Source: Candidatus Nanoarchaeia archaeon
Lineage (GTDB): Bacteria; Patescibacteriota; Microgenomatia; Woykebacterales; RBG-16-39-9b
Direction: 5' to 3'
Assembly: GCA_036514715.1 (NCBI GenBank)
Contig: DATBWR010000006.1
Span: forward strand, 1 to 50,868
DNA length: 50,868 nucleotides
In this document: positions 37,294 through 46,312 of the stretch, in pieces
Numbering within the stretch: position 1 is the first letter of the stretch
How the letters are laid out: every line of letters starts with the position of its first letter
Notes under the pieces: model-generated
What the model was told of the DNA's origin: nothing
Database searches by the model: none
What the model saw: the letters and a program-made list of their open reading frames with translations, nothing else
Position numbers and translations under genes: made by a program

Positions 37294-38007
37294 TTATGCT
37301 CCTAGTAATTTTTCGATTGCTTCCACTCCGCTTTTAGTTATTAAAAGCTTCTTTGTATTAAGTACTTCGTAAGTATTCAAATCGGCAGTTTTTAACAACC
37401 TAATTTCTTTTAGATTTCTCAAAGCTTTAGTTTCTTTTTCGCCGAATTCTGGCAGGGTTACTAAACTTTTAGCGCTGACATTTAAATTCTTCAGCATAAG
37501 AGCAGCCTCTTTGGTTTTTGGTTCTTTAAAATTAATATCGTTCAAAATAACTAGCCCGCCTTCTTTAACTTTATCGGAAAGGGCTGAGACCAAGGCCTTC
37601 TGTTTCATTTTTTTCGGCAGCTCTAAGCTAAAGTCCCGACGTTGGGGGCCGTGAACCACACCACCTCCGCGCCACAGCGGACTACGAATTGAGCCGGCCC
37701 GGGCTCGTCCGGTCCCTTTTTGGCGCCAAGGTTTGCGACCACCGCCTCGCACCTCTCCGCGAGTTTTCGCACTAGCGTTTCCCAGACGTTGGTTAGCCAG
37801 ATAAACTCTAACTGCCTGGGACATTAAGCTTTTGTTAGGAACAGCTCCAAAAACTTCTTTGGAAAGTTTAATTCTCCCGACAACTTTGCCACTGACATCA
37901 AAGACTTCGACAGTTAAACCGGTCTCCTTTTTAGTTACTGCTTTAGTTTTCGGAGCCGCCTTTGTCTTTGTTTCTTTAGTTTTTGGAGACTTAGTTATCT
38001 TTTCCAT
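37294..38007 (-). CDS. rplD: 50S ribosomal protein L4 with Lys/Thr-rich N-terminal extension
   Basis: KTRGEVRGGGRKPWRQKGTGRARAGS motif; start set at ATG 38007. Confidence 0.97.
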   Translation of the reverse strand: MEKITKSPKTKETKTKAAPKTKAVTKKETGLTVEVFDVSGKVVGRIKLSKEVFGAVPNKSLMSQAVRVYLANQRLGNASAKTRGEVRGGGRKPWRQKGTGRARAGSIRSPLWRGGGVVHGPQRRDFSLELPKKMKQKALVSALSDKVKEGGLVILNDINFKEPKTKEAALMLKNLNVSAKSLVTLPEFGEKETKALRNLKEIRLLKTADLNTYEVLNTKKLLITKSGVEAIEKLLGA

Positions 38008-38794
38008 CCCCTTGACCTTCCTTTTCTTCTTTAGCCGCAACAGGAGCTTGACCACCAGTTTCGGAGCTCAGGCCTTCCGCTATCCCTTGGGTTTCACTTT
38101 CAGTTTTTTCCTCACCGCCACCGCCAATTTGTGGAACAGCAGGTATTTCCGGCTCGTGATAGGCAGCTTTCTTTTTAGTTGATTTTTTAATTATTAAGCT
38201 TTCTCCAATTGATCCAGGCACTGAACCTTTAACCAGTAGGGTGTTTTCATCTTTGTTCACTTCCATTACTTCTAAACCCAGAACACTTACTTGCTGACTC
38301 CCTAAACGTCCGGCCATTTTCAGACCCTTTTGGACTCTTCCAGGAGTGGTGCCCGAACCGATTGAACCAGCTGCTCGGTGACGATCCGACTGACCATGAG
38401 TCTTAGGACCACCATGGAAACCATAGCGTTTAATTACTCCGGCAAACCCTTTACCCTTGGAAGTGCCCACTACGTCAACCAAAGAGCCTTTATGAAAAAC
38501 CTCGTCAACAGTTATCTCCTGACCAGCTTTTATATCGCCCTCAAAATCTACTTCGCGGACTAGAGAAGGAGCAATTTTCAGTTTGGCTTTGTCAAAGTGC
38601 CCTTTCAGAGGTTTGGTTGGTTTCTTTTGGTTACCAACACCAACCTGAGCCGCCTTGTAGCCATCGGTATCTTTATCCTTCAAAATAACCACGGTGTTAG
38701 GCTCAACCGAAAGTTTAGTTACCGGTGTTACCCGACCATGGCTGTCCCAAACTTGGGACATATTCAATTTTCGACCAATTAATGCTTTTAACAT
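37991..38794 (-). CDS. rplC: 50S ribosomal protein L3 with acidic C-terminal extension
   Basis: SKGKGFAG..KR, HRAAGSIG and KMAG motifs. Confidence 0.97.
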   Translation of the reverse strand: MLKALIGRKLNMSQVWDSHGRVTPVTKLSVEPNTVVILKDKDTDGYKAAQVGVGNQKKPTKPLKGHFDKAKLKIAPSLVREVDFEGDIKAGQEITVDEVFHKGSLVDVVGTSKGKGFAGVIKRYGFHGGPKTHGQSDRHRAAGSIGSGTTPGRVQKGLKMAGRLGSQQVSVLGLEVMEVNKDENTLLVKGSVPGSIGESLIIKKSTKKKAAYHEPEIPAVPQIGGGGEEKTESETQGIAEGLSSETGGQAPVAAKEEKEGQGDGKDN

Positions 38795-38826
38795 ATTTCC
38801 ATGCAGTAGCGACTATTCCAAACACG

Positions 38827-38850
38827 AAAAAAAGCCTTTTTTAGGCTTTT
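38827..38850 (-). terminator. Terminator-like hairpin between rpsJ and rplC
   Basis: AAAAGCC-TAAAAAA-GGCTTTTTTT on the minus strand. Confidence 0.5.
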
Positions 38851-38880
38851 CTCTAGAGAGACTTATCGCTTAACCCTAAG

Positions 38881-39189
38881 TTACATCTTTATTTCAATGT
38901 CAACTCCGGCCGGAAGCTCTAAATGCATAAGAGCGTCCAAAGTTTTCGGAGTCGGTTCGATAATATCAATGAGTCTCTTGTGAGTCCTAATCTCAAATTG
39001 TTCCCGAGCATCTTTATCTACATGGGGAGAAGTGGTTACCGTAAAACGTTCCTTATCCGTAGGTAAGGGGACCGGACCGGCTACCTTGGCACCAGTGCGG
39101 ATAGCGGTATCCAAAATCTCTTCTGCAGAGTCGTCGATGACTCTGGAATCATATGACTTTAAACGTACTCGAATACGACCTTTTGGCAT
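38881..39189 (-). CDS. rpsJ: 30S ribosomal protein S10
   Basis: [17 protein letters not shown] and [14 protein letters not shown] motifs. Confidence 0.98.
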   Translation of the reverse strand: MPKGRIRVRLKSYDSRVIDDSAEEILDTAIRTGAKVAGPVPLPTDKERFTVTTSPHVDKDAREQFEIRTHKRLIDIIEPTPKTLDALMHLELPAGVDIEIKM

Positions 39190-39203
39190 ATAAAGTTCTT
39201 CTC

Positions 39204-39237
39204 AAAAAAGGCGCTCCGCTTCTAAAAAGCGGAGTGT
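39204..39237 (-). terminator. Intrinsic terminator after tuf
   Basis: ACACTCCGCTT-TTTAG-AAGCGGAGCGC followed by CTTTTTT on the minus strand. Confidence 0.75.
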
Positions 39238-39240
39238 TCC

Positions 39241-40431
39241 TTAGGCAATTATTTTGGTCACAACCCCTGCACCAACTGTGTGACCACCCTCTCGAATTGC
39301 GAAACGAAGTCCTTCTTCGAGAGCAATTGGTCCAATAAGCTTAGCCTTCATCTTGGTGTTGTCACCGGGCATAACCATCTCTGTTCCTTCGGCCAAAGTT
39401 ACCTCACCGGTAACATCGGTCGTTCGCAGGTAAAACTGTGGTCGGTACCCAGAGAAAAACGGAGTGTGACGTCCACCTTCTTCTTTGGTCAAAACATAAA
39501 CTTCAGCTTCAAATTCAGTGTGCGGCTTAATCGATCCGGGTGCGGCCACCACTTGCCCACGCTCGACATCATCTTTTTCGATGCCACGCAAAAGGAGCCC
39601 AACGTTATCACCGGCCTGACCTTCATCAAGCAGCTTGCGGAACATTTCTACACCGGTAACTACGCTTGAAGTAGTCTTCTCACGAATTCCGACAATTTCA
39701 ACTGTCTCATTAACTTTCACTTTACCACGCTCAATACGCCCAGTAACCACAGTTCCACGACCTTTAATTGAGAAAACATCTTCCACCGGCATCAAGAAGG
39801 GCTTATCAAGTTCGCGGGTTGGGGTGGGAATGTATTCGTCAACTGCCTTCATTAACTCTTCAATAGCTTTTACGCTTTCAGCATCTCCTTCCAAAGCTTT
39901 TAGAGCGCTCCCTCGGATAACCGGAACGTCTTTACCTGGGTATTCGTACTTAGTCAAAAGCTCGCGGACTTCTTCTTCAACCAAATCAAGCAAGTCTTTG
40001 TCGTCAACAGTGTCAACCTTATTCATAAAAACAACAATTGCCGGCACACCAACCTGGCGAGCTAGCAAAATGTGTTCTCGGGTCTGAGGCATTGGGCCAT
40101 CGGCAGCGCTGACCACTAAAATCGCTCCGTCCATTTGCGCAGCACCGGTGATCATGTTCTTAACATAATCAGCGTGTCCCGGAGCATCAATGTGGGCGTA
40201 GTGCCTTTTTTCAGTCTCATACTCAACGTGCGCCAAAGCAATGGTAATACCCCGCTGTTTTTCTTCCGGAGCGTTGTCAATTGAGTCAAACGCTCGGAAT
40301 TCCGCCATACCTTTGCCGGAAAGGACTTTGGTAATTGCGGCTGTTAATGTAGTCTTACCGTGGTCAACGTGACCAATAGTTCCCACGTTAACGTGGGGCT
40401 TACTTCTTTCAAATTTCTTTGCTTCTGCCAT
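39241..40431 (-). CDS. tuf: Elongation factor Tu
   Basis: [22 protein letters not shown] and GAAQMD motifs. Confidence 0.99.
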   Translation of the reverse strand: MAEAKKFERSKPHVNVGTIGHVDHGKTTLTAAITKVLSGKGMAEFRAFDSIDNAPEEKQRGITIALAHVEYETEKRHYAHIDAPGHADYVKNMITGAAQMDGAILVVSAADGPMPQTREHILLARQVGVPAIVVFMNKVDTVDDKDLLDLVEEEVRELLTKYEYPGKDVPVIRGSALKALEGDAESVKAIEELMKAVDEYIPTPTRELDKPFLMPVEDVFSIKGRGTVVTGRIERGKVKVNETVEIVGIREKTTSSVVTGVEMFRKLLDEGQAGDNVGLLLRGIEKDDVERGQVVAAPGSIKPHTEFEAEVYVLTKEEGGRHTPFFSGYRPQFYLRTTDVTGEVTLAEGTEMVMPGDNTKMKAKLIGPIALEEGLRFAIREGGHTVGAGVVTKIIA

Positions 40432-40544
40432 GTATTTTTAATCCTCCTAAATATTTTTAATAATTTTAGCTTCAAGTCGAAGCTAGATTTTTACAACACA
40501 TGTATTCTAACAGATTAAGTCAACAAGTACAGCCCTTAGTTTGC

Positions 40545-42659
40545 TTAAGAGCTCTCTTGCCTACTACTTTTAGAAATTAAACTGTTAGTTACACTACTCG
40601 GCGCCTCCTGGTAGTGCGATGGTTCCATGTTGGAACTGGCTCGACCTTGGCTCATACTGCGCAGAGTTGTCACATAACCGAACATTTCCGCAAGAGGCGC
40701 CAAAGCGCGCACCACACGCACATTACTTCTTTGTTCAGTCCCTTCAATTTGGGCACGTTTGCTGGATAAATCACCGATAACATCACCCAAAAACTCTTCC
40801 GGCGTGATCACTTCGACTTTCATAATCGGCTCAAGGATCACCGGGTTGGCTGCTTTTGTCGCATCTTTCAGAGCCATAGAACCGGCAATTTTGAAGGCAA
40901 ATTCGCTACTATCAACTTCATGGAAAGACCCGTCGTAAACTGCTACTTTCATATCCACCATAGGATAACCGGCCAGGACACCAGTGTCCATGGCTTCTTT
41001 AACGCCTTTTTCAATCGGGTTAATAAATTCTTTCGGAATCGCTCCACCGACAACTTCGCTGACAAATTCGTAACCTTCACCTCTGGCCTTTGGTTCAACT
41101 CTCAGGAAACAATGGCCGTATTGGCCCCGGCCGCCGGATTGGCGGATGTATTTGCCTTCTCCTTGGGCAACCTTCTGCACAGTTTCTTTGTAGGCTACTT
41201 GCGGTCGCCCAACATTAGCCTCAACACTAAACTCTCGCTTCATCCGGTCCACAATAATTTCCAGATGCAGTTCTCCCATACCGGAAATAATCGCCTGCCC
41301 GGTTTCCTGATTAGTTTTGACATTAAAAGTGGGGTCTTCCTCGGAAAGTTTGGCCAGTGCCAAACCCATTTTTTCCTGATCGCTTTTAGTTTTAGGCTCA
41401 ATCGCTAGGGAAATAACCGGCTCCGGAAAAGTAATTTTTTCCAAAACCACTGGTCTTGCCTCATCACAAAGTGTGTCTCCAGTAAAAGTTTCTTTCAAAC
41501 CAACCGCCGCACCAATTTCCCCTGACCCAATTTCGTTAATTTCTTCCCGATTGTTAGCATGCATGAGGAGAATTCGCCCCAAACGCTCTTTAACATTTTT
41601 TGTAGCGTTGTAGAGATAGCTCCCAGCGGTAGTTTTTCCGGAATAAACTCTAAAGTAGGTCAGCCGCCCGACAAAAGGGTCGGTCATAACTTTGAAAGCA
41701 AAGGCGGCAAAAGGTTCACTGTCGTCGGTTTTGCGAACTTCTTCACCTTCAGTTTTGGGGTTAACCCCTTTTACTGAGGGGACATCCAGAGGAGAGGGGA
41801 GATAATCAATCACGGCATCAAGCAGAGGTTGGACACCTTTGTTTTTCAAAGCGCTTCCGGCCAGTACCGGCACGATTTTGTAGCCAATTGTAGCGGCCCG
41901 CAACCCGGTAACCAACTCTTCTTCAGTTAAATCTTGCCCGCCCAGATATTTTTCTAAGAGGTCGTCGTTTTGTTCGGCAACTGCTTCAACCAGTTGCGAG
42001 CGGTATTTCTCAACCTCGTCTTTCATGTCAGCGGGTACTTCCCCACTTTGTGGTTCTTTACCCAGATCTTCAGTATAGATAATTGCCTTGCGGCGGATAA
42101 GATCAACCACTCCTTTAAAGCCGTTTTCAGTTCCAATCGGAAGTTGAATTGGGTGGGCATTGGCACCAAGTCTTTCTTTAATAGAAGCGAGCGACATGTA
42201 AAAATCGCCTCCGATAGCATCCAGTTTGTTAATAAAACAGATACGCGGAACGTGGTATTTATCCGCTTGGCGCCAGACAGTTTCGGACTGGGGCTCCACT
42301 CCCATTTTGCCGTCGAAAACCACTATCCCACCGTCCAAAACCCGCAAAGACCGCTCCACCTCAGCCGTAAAATCTACGTGTCCAGGCGTATCAATTATAT
42401 TAATGCGGTGTCTTTGATTCTTGTTGGGGCCTGTCTGTGTGGTCCAAAAAGTAGTGGTCGCTGCACTAGTAATGGTAATACCCCGCTCTCTCTCTTGGGC
42501 CATCCAGTCCATAACTGCTTCACCTTTGTGCACCTCACCGATTTTGTAAGTGCGACCAGTGTAAAACAAAATACGCTCAGTCACGGTAGTCTTACCCGCG
42601 TCAATATGCGCTATGATACCTATATTTCTAATTTTGTCTAAGCTTAAGTCCTTTGCCAT
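40545..42659 (-). CDS. fusA: Elongation factor G
   Basis: [15 protein letters not shown] and DTPGHVDF motifs; start set at ATG 42659. Confidence 0.99.
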   Translation of the reverse strand: MAKDLSLDKIRNIGIIAHIDAGKTTVTERILFYTGRTYKIGEVHKGEAVMDWMAQERERGITITSAATTTFWTTQTGPNKNQRHRINIIDTPGHVDFTAEVERSLRVLDGGIVVFDGKMGVEPQSETVWRQADKYHVPRICFINKLDAIGGDFYMSLASIKERLGANAHPIQLPIGTENGFKGVVDLIRRKAIIYTEDLGKEPQSGEVPADMKDEVEKYRSQLVEAVAEQNDDLLEKYLGGQDLTEEELVTGLRAATIGYKIVPVLAGSALKNKGVQPLLDAVIDYLPSPLDVPSVKGVNPKTEGEEVRKTDDSEPFAAFAFKVMTDPFVGRLTYFRVYSGKTTAGSYLYNATKNVKERLGRILLMHANNREEINEIGSGEIGAAVGLKETFTGDTLCDEARPVVLEKITFPEPVISLAIEPKTKSDQEKMGLALAKLSEEDPTFNVKTNQETGQAIISGMGELHLEIIVDRMKREFSVEANVGRPQVAYKETVQKVAQGEGKYIRQSGGRGQYGHCFLRVEPKARGEGYEFVSEVVGGAIPKEFINPIEKGVKEAMDTGVLAGYPMVDMKVAVYDGSFHEVDSSEFAFKIAGSMALKDATKAANPVILEPIMKVEVITPEEFLGDVIGDLSSKRAQIEGTEQRSNVRVVRALAPLAEMFGYVTTLRSMSQGRASSNMEPSHYQEAPSSVTNSLISKSSRQESS

Positions 42660-42673
42660 TAGTTTTTCTTTCC

Positions 42674-42696
42674 AAAAAAGCACCCTTCCGGTGCTT
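42674..42696 (-). terminator. Terminator-like hairpin between rpsG and fusA
   Basis: AAGCACC-GGAAG-GGTGCTT-TTTT on the minus strand. Confidence 0.5.
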
Positions 42697-42722
42697 AGGG
42701 GCAGTTTATTTAACTACCCTAC

Positions 42723-43199
42723 TTACCATCTAAAGTGTGCAAATGCCTTGTTAGCTTCGGCCATGCGGTGAGTATCGTCGCGCCTCTTAATTGCTAAGCC
42801 AGTGTTGTTAGCTGCATCCATAAATTCGGCAGCCAGCTTATCGGCAGTGGTTTTATAGTCTGTACTGGGTCGGCTCTTGGCCGCAGTAATGATCCAGCGG
42901 ATTGCCAAAGCTTCTTTTCGATCGCCCCTTACTTCCAGTGGGACTTGGTAGCTGGCTCCACCAATCCGTCGGGGTTTAACTTCCATGCGTGGGGAAACGT
43001 TTTTCAGGGCGTTTTCGAAAACTTCCAGAGGATTTTGTTTCTTTTCCTCGATTTTTTTAAGAGCGTCGTACAAAACTTTTCGGGCCGTGCTTTTCTTACC
43101 AGCGGACATTAAGCGGTTGGTGAAGCGGGCAATCAAGCGACTGCCATAAACAGGGTCTCCTTCAACTTTTCTTTTTACTACTCGTCCGCTTCTTGGCAT
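42723..43199 (-). CDS. rpsG: 30S ribosomal protein S7
   Basis: RIGGASYQVP and HRMAEANKAFAH motifs. Confidence 0.98.
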   Translation of the reverse strand: MPRSGRVVKRKVEGDPVYGSRLIARFTNRLMSAGKKSTARKVLYDALKKIEEKKQNPLEVFENALKNVSPRMEVKPRRIGGASYQVPLEVRGDRKEALAIRWIITAAKSRPSTDYKTTADKLAAEFMDAANNTGLAIKRRDDTHRMAEANKAFAHFRW

Positions 43200-43200
43200 T

Positions 43201-43617
43201 TTACTTTTCCTTCATCCTTTTGGCCCCGTATAAGCTACGGCCCTGCTTACGACTGGCCACGCCGCTGGTATCGTAATGACCGCGAATAACATGATACTTT
43301 ACTCCCGGCAAATCCTTGACTCGGCCGCCTCTTACTAAAACAATGGAGTGTTCCTGCAATTCATGGCCAATTCCCGGAATGTAGGCAGTCACCTCTTTCC
43401 GGTTGGAAAGGCGAACACGGGCAACTTTCCGCAGAGCCGAATTTGGTTTTTTCGGAGTCATGGTTTTGACGATCACGCAAACTCCCCGTTTTTGCGGGTT
43501 GAAAGTGGCAACCGGCCGGCGTTCCCTAGTGTTGAAACTGGAACGCAAGGCAGTAGCCTTAATTTTTTTAGCAGCGTGTGTACGTCCCTTACGGACTAAT
43601 TGTGCAATTGTAGGCAT
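43201..43617 (-). CDS. rpsL: 30S ribosomal protein S12
   Basis: [11 protein letters not shown] and [12 protein letters not shown] motifs. Confidence 0.99.
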   Translation of the reverse strand: MPTIAQLVRKGRTHAAKKIKATALRSSFNTRERRPVATFNPQKRGVCVIVKTMTPKKPNSALRKVARVRLSNRKEVTAYIPGIGHELQEHSIVLVRGGRVKDLPGVKYHVIRGHYDTSGVASRKQGRSLYGAKRMKEK

Positions 43618-43629
43618 AGTACGTGGAGA

Positions 43630-43735
43630 ATTATAACCTTCTTAGGTTACAAGACCCGAAGGGGATTATACCATTTCTGACGGTACAAGCGCCCTGAACG
43701 AGGGTGATTATATCTGGAGTGAGCCTAACTGTCAA
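43630..43735 (-). promoter_or_regulatory. str operon promoter: canonical TTGACA-17-TATAAT plus two tandem hairpin -10 elements
   Basis: TTGACA at 43735-43730 and TATAAT at 43712-43707; CTTGTA...TATAAT units at 43665-43689 and 43630-43653. Confidence 0.8.
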
Positions 43736-43771
43736 CAGCTTTAGTATGGAAAATCTGTCAGGGAAAGTTTT

Positions 43772-43927
43772 TTAGTCTTCTTTACTTGTTTGGGAAACTG
43801 ATTTGCTAAAAATGCGCCGGCACATTTGGCAGCGGTAGGTAACAGTGGTAGACAGGGTAGCCGCAGGCACTACGGATAAATCTTTGGAGTTACAATAAGG
43901 GCATTTAACTTCAACTTCGTCGGCCAT
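43772..43927 (-). CDS. 51-aa zinc-ribbon protein
   Basis: Not in the track. MADEVEVKCPYCNSKDL...YRCQMCRRIFS; ATG directly follows the upstream TAA. Confidence 0.7.
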   Translation of the reverse strand: MADEVEVKCPYCNSKDLSVVPAATLSTTVTYRCQMCRRIFSKSVSQTSKED

Positions 43928-43993
43928 TTACTTTTTCTTGTCTTTCTTGGGTTTTTTAACTTCGCGTTTCTGCTTGCCTTGGGAATGGGCCAT
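43928..43993 (-). CDS. 21-aa Lys-rich microprotein
   Basis: MAHSQGKQKREVKKPKKDKKK, tightly packed between the GIY-YIG gene and the zinc-ribbon ORF. Confidence 0.45.
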   Translation of the reverse strand: MAHSQGKQKREVKKPKKDKKK

Positions 43994-43998
43994 AAGAA

Positions 43999-44247
43999 TT
44001 AGTTCTTTAACTTTATCATATTTAGCTTATTCTTGCGGGATAAATTTTTAATTCGGGCTTCTTCTTTGGAAGCAATCGAGCGGTCAACAAATTCTTTGGA
44101 AAAAGTAAGTTTTACCGGTCTGCGACCGCGGGTATATCTGGAACCCAAATCCGAAGAATTATGCTCGGCTACTCTGCGGACTAAATCAACGGTAATTCCA
44201 GTATAAAGCGTTCCGTCAGAACATTTGAGAATATAAAGATAGTACAT
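43999..44247 (-). CDS. GIY-YIG nuclease (YhbQ/UPF0213-like)
   Basis: YYLYILKCSDGTLYTGIT.DL.RR...H...YTRGRRPV...EARIK. Confidence 0.92.
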   Translation of the reverse strand: MYYLYILKCSDGTLYTGITVDLVRRVAEHNSSDLGSRYTRGRRPVKLTFSKEFVDRSIASKEEARIKNLSRKNKLNMIKLKN

Positions 44248-44287
44248 ATTTATTTTTTATTCTTGTTTGGAAAATCTGTCAAGAAAT

Positions 44288-44665
44288 TTAACGGGTGTGT
44301 TTTTTAATCCACTCGGTAATTTTTTCAATAGTTGGCTTCTTGTTTTCCACCCACAGCGCAAAATCAACAATTTCTTTATTTTCAGCTTCAAATTTTCTGT
44401 CGTTCAAAATTAGAAACTCGATCATACAAACTGTGGCAGTTCTCTTGTTACCATCGGCGAACATATGGTTAAGCAAGAGTGAGTGGGTTAAGGCAGCTGC
44501 TTTTAACTCTAAACTCGGGTAAAGATCCTCATCGCCAAAGGTAGCTTGAGGACGCGCGGCTGCCGATTCCAATAACCCTAAATCGCGCAAACCGTGCAAA
44601 CCACCAGTGGCTTCAACTATCTCAAAATGGATTTGAATAATATCCTGCGGAGAAAGATATCTCAC
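44288..44665 (-). CDS. Death-on-curing (Fic/Doc) toxin
   Basis: GLRDLGLLESA..RP and HMFADGNKRTA motifs. Confidence 0.92.
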   Translation of the reverse strand: MRYLSPQDIIQIHFEIVEATGGLHGLRDLGLLESAAARPQATFGDEDLYPSLELKAAALTHSLLLNHMFADGNKRTATVCMIEFLILNDRKFEAENKEIVDFALWVENKKPTIEKITEWIKKHTR

Positions 44666-44670
44666 AGTCG

Positions 44671-44919
44671 CTACTTATTAGCAAGTTCTTCCAAAGCCGG
44701 GCGGTATTGCTTGATAATTTTTTGTGTAAGGTCGTGAATTTCACGATCAACAGCACCAATGGAAGCTTGGTTTTTGGTGTTTTTAGAGTTTTTTTGAATA
44801 TGCTCTTCAAGAGCACGGTTAACCACCGCTTGCAAAGTGGTGTCTTGCTCAAGCGCCTCAAGTTCAGCACTTTTTTTGAGGTCTGTATCTATTCTTAAAG
44901 TGGTTTTAACTAGTTTCAT
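44671..44919 (-). CDS. Ribbon-helix-helix-type antitoxin
   Basis: KTTLRIDTDLKKSA...LQAVVNRALEE, directly upstream of doc; start set at ATG 44919. Confidence 0.75.
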   Translation of the reverse strand: MKLVKTTLRIDTDLKKSAELEALEQDTTLQAVVNRALEEHIQKNSKNTKNQASIGAVDREIHDLTQKIIKQYRPALEELANK

Positions 44920-44926
44920 AAAAACT

Positions 44927-44950
44927 ATCTTGCCATAAATATGGCAAGAT
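44927..44950. promoter_or_regulatory. Probable TA operator palindrome
   Basis: ATCTTGCCAT-AAAT-ATGGCAAGAT between a minus-strand TTGACA and the antitoxin ATG. Confidence 0.7.
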
Positions 44951-45009
44951 GTCAAGTGTGGATTGAGGGTGTGGAAGTGTAGGAATTTTAGGGTTGTTTG
45001 GAAAATCTG

Positions 45010-45393
45010 TCAAGAAAAGTATTTAGCTAACCTTTTATCAAAAGTTTTGAAAGATCTAGCTTTTTTGCTTTTGGCAAAGGCCAAATTGTAGCAATCTTCT
45101 AAGCTTAAGTTGCTGCCCGCAAACATTTTCAGGGCGGTTTTCAATATCTCATGCTCCTCGAGAAAAATAAACTCCATTTCCAGAATCTGCTCTAGAGTAC
45201 TGGCCGTATCTGGCTTGTTTTGTTTGTAAAAAGAGCTCAAAACCCAGTAGATTTCGAAGTAAACAATAATCGAGGTAAAAAGTTTGACTCTGCCTTCGGC
45301 AGCTTGGCTAAAAAGGCTCTTAACTTCCTGAAACTGCCCCTTATTATCAGCCAAGAGAAATCTTAGAAAAAAATTGGTATCGACAAAGATCAT
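45010..45393 (-). CDS. PIN-domain (VapC-like) toxin
   Basis: IFVDTNFFLR, E, SLEDC and TFDKRL motifs. Confidence 0.9.
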   Translation of the reverse strand: MIFVDTNFFLRFLLADNKGQFQEVKSLFSQAAEGRVKLFTSIIVYFEIYWVLSSFYKQNKPDTASTLEQILEMEFIFLEEHEILKTALKMFAGSNLSLEDCYNLAFAKSKKARSFKTFDKRLAKYFS

Positions 45394-45647
45394 TTCCTGC
45401 TTTTGGCGGTAAAGTATTCGGCTTTTGATTCTTCAATGATTGCTTCTAGGTCTTTGCCTTTCCAAGCAGTCGGCATTTTCAGGGAACCCGCAAGGTGCTC
45501 CACTAGACTAATGGCCGGGGTGATTACCAAGCGGTTTTTTTCTTGTGAAATGATAACCTTCTTATTTTTATCAAGGTTAGCAGCTTTGAAAAGTTTAATA
45601 GGTATGGTGATTTGGCGTTTGCCGGTAATAGTAGCGACTTTGTTCAT
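45390..45647 (-). CDS. AbrB/MazE-type antitoxin
   Basis: ATITGKRQITIP motif; ATGA overlap with the PIN gene. Confidence 0.88.
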   Translation of the reverse strand: MNKVATITGKRQITIPIKLFKAANLDKNKKVIISQEKNRLVITPAISLVEHLAGSLKMPTAWKGKDLEAIIEESKAEYFTAKSRK

Positions 45648-45681
45648 ACAAGGAGATTGTATCTAAACAATTCATCTCTGT

Positions 45682-45715
45682 CAATTCAAGGAATTTATTT
45701 TATTTCCTTGAATTG
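45682..45715. promoter_or_regulatory. Probable operator of the AbrB-PIN operon
   Basis: 12-bp inverted repeat CAATTCAAGGAA / TTCCTTGAATTG. Confidence 0.65.
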
Positions 45716-45771
45716 GTGGTAATTAACTGAGAGTATGTGGTGGTGAGAATAGGGTTGGTTTGGAAAATCTG

Positions 45772-46241
45772 TTAAGAAATCGGCACAAGTGTTAACAAAA
45801 CAATCTCTGTTTTGAAATATTTTTCTATTCCGGAAAAAAACCCTTTTTGGTTTTCCTGTAGTTTATCCCTTGGACCCTTAACCTCCACAAAGAAAAACTT
45901 TTTATCTTTATAAACAAATAAATCCGGTGGTTGGGTACGGTTAGTTTTTATTTGGGACCTTAAGAAGTTAATCCCTTCGGTACCAATTAACTTCTCTAAC
46001 AACCCCAGTTTCCTTTTGTGGGGTTGGTAGATATACTGCTCAATTAAAACATTAAAGCCCAAGCCAAAATAGTGAAGAGCGGCTATCCATTCATAAAAAT
46101 GAAATTGCGGTTGGGAAAGAGCAATTCTTAAATCTTCTTCGTCAAAAAGGTCAGGGTATTCTCTCTTCCATTTAATGAGTAGTTTTCCAGAAGTCCATTC
46201 TTGTTTGAGAGTGGGTCAAAGAGAAGTTCTTCATTTTTCAT
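45772..46241 (-). pseudogene. VRR-NUC domain nuclease with a frameshift near the 5' end
   Basis: PPDLFV...FFVEVKGPRDKLQENQ motif. The catalytic frame is open from about 46215, but ATG 46241 is out of frame (span 3n+2). A TTGACT-17-TAAAAT promoter lies upstream. Confidence 0.7.
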
Positions 46242-46284
46242 TCGGAGGGATTTTAGGCCTGTTTGCCTGAAGAGTCAAGGTAAA

Positions 46285-46312
46285 AGATATATGAATAGTC
46301 ATTCACATATCT
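46285..46312. repeat. Palindrome AG-ATATATGAAT-AGTC-ATTCACATAT-CT (copy 3 of 4)
   Basis: One mismatch; abuts the junction repeat at 46317. Confidence 0.8.

Noticed and set aside
23496-43636. Numerous plus-strand ORFs in the track opposite ribosomal and translation genes
   Set aside because: They are antisense shadows of highly conserved minus-strand genes with no recognisable motifs. The same applies to shadow ORFs over comM, rny, recA and the bactofilin-like gene.
44288-44665. Functional link between Doc (an EF-Tu kinase family) and the nearby tuf gene
   Set aside because: Proximity follows from the island's insertion site upstream of rpsL; nothing in the sequence links them.
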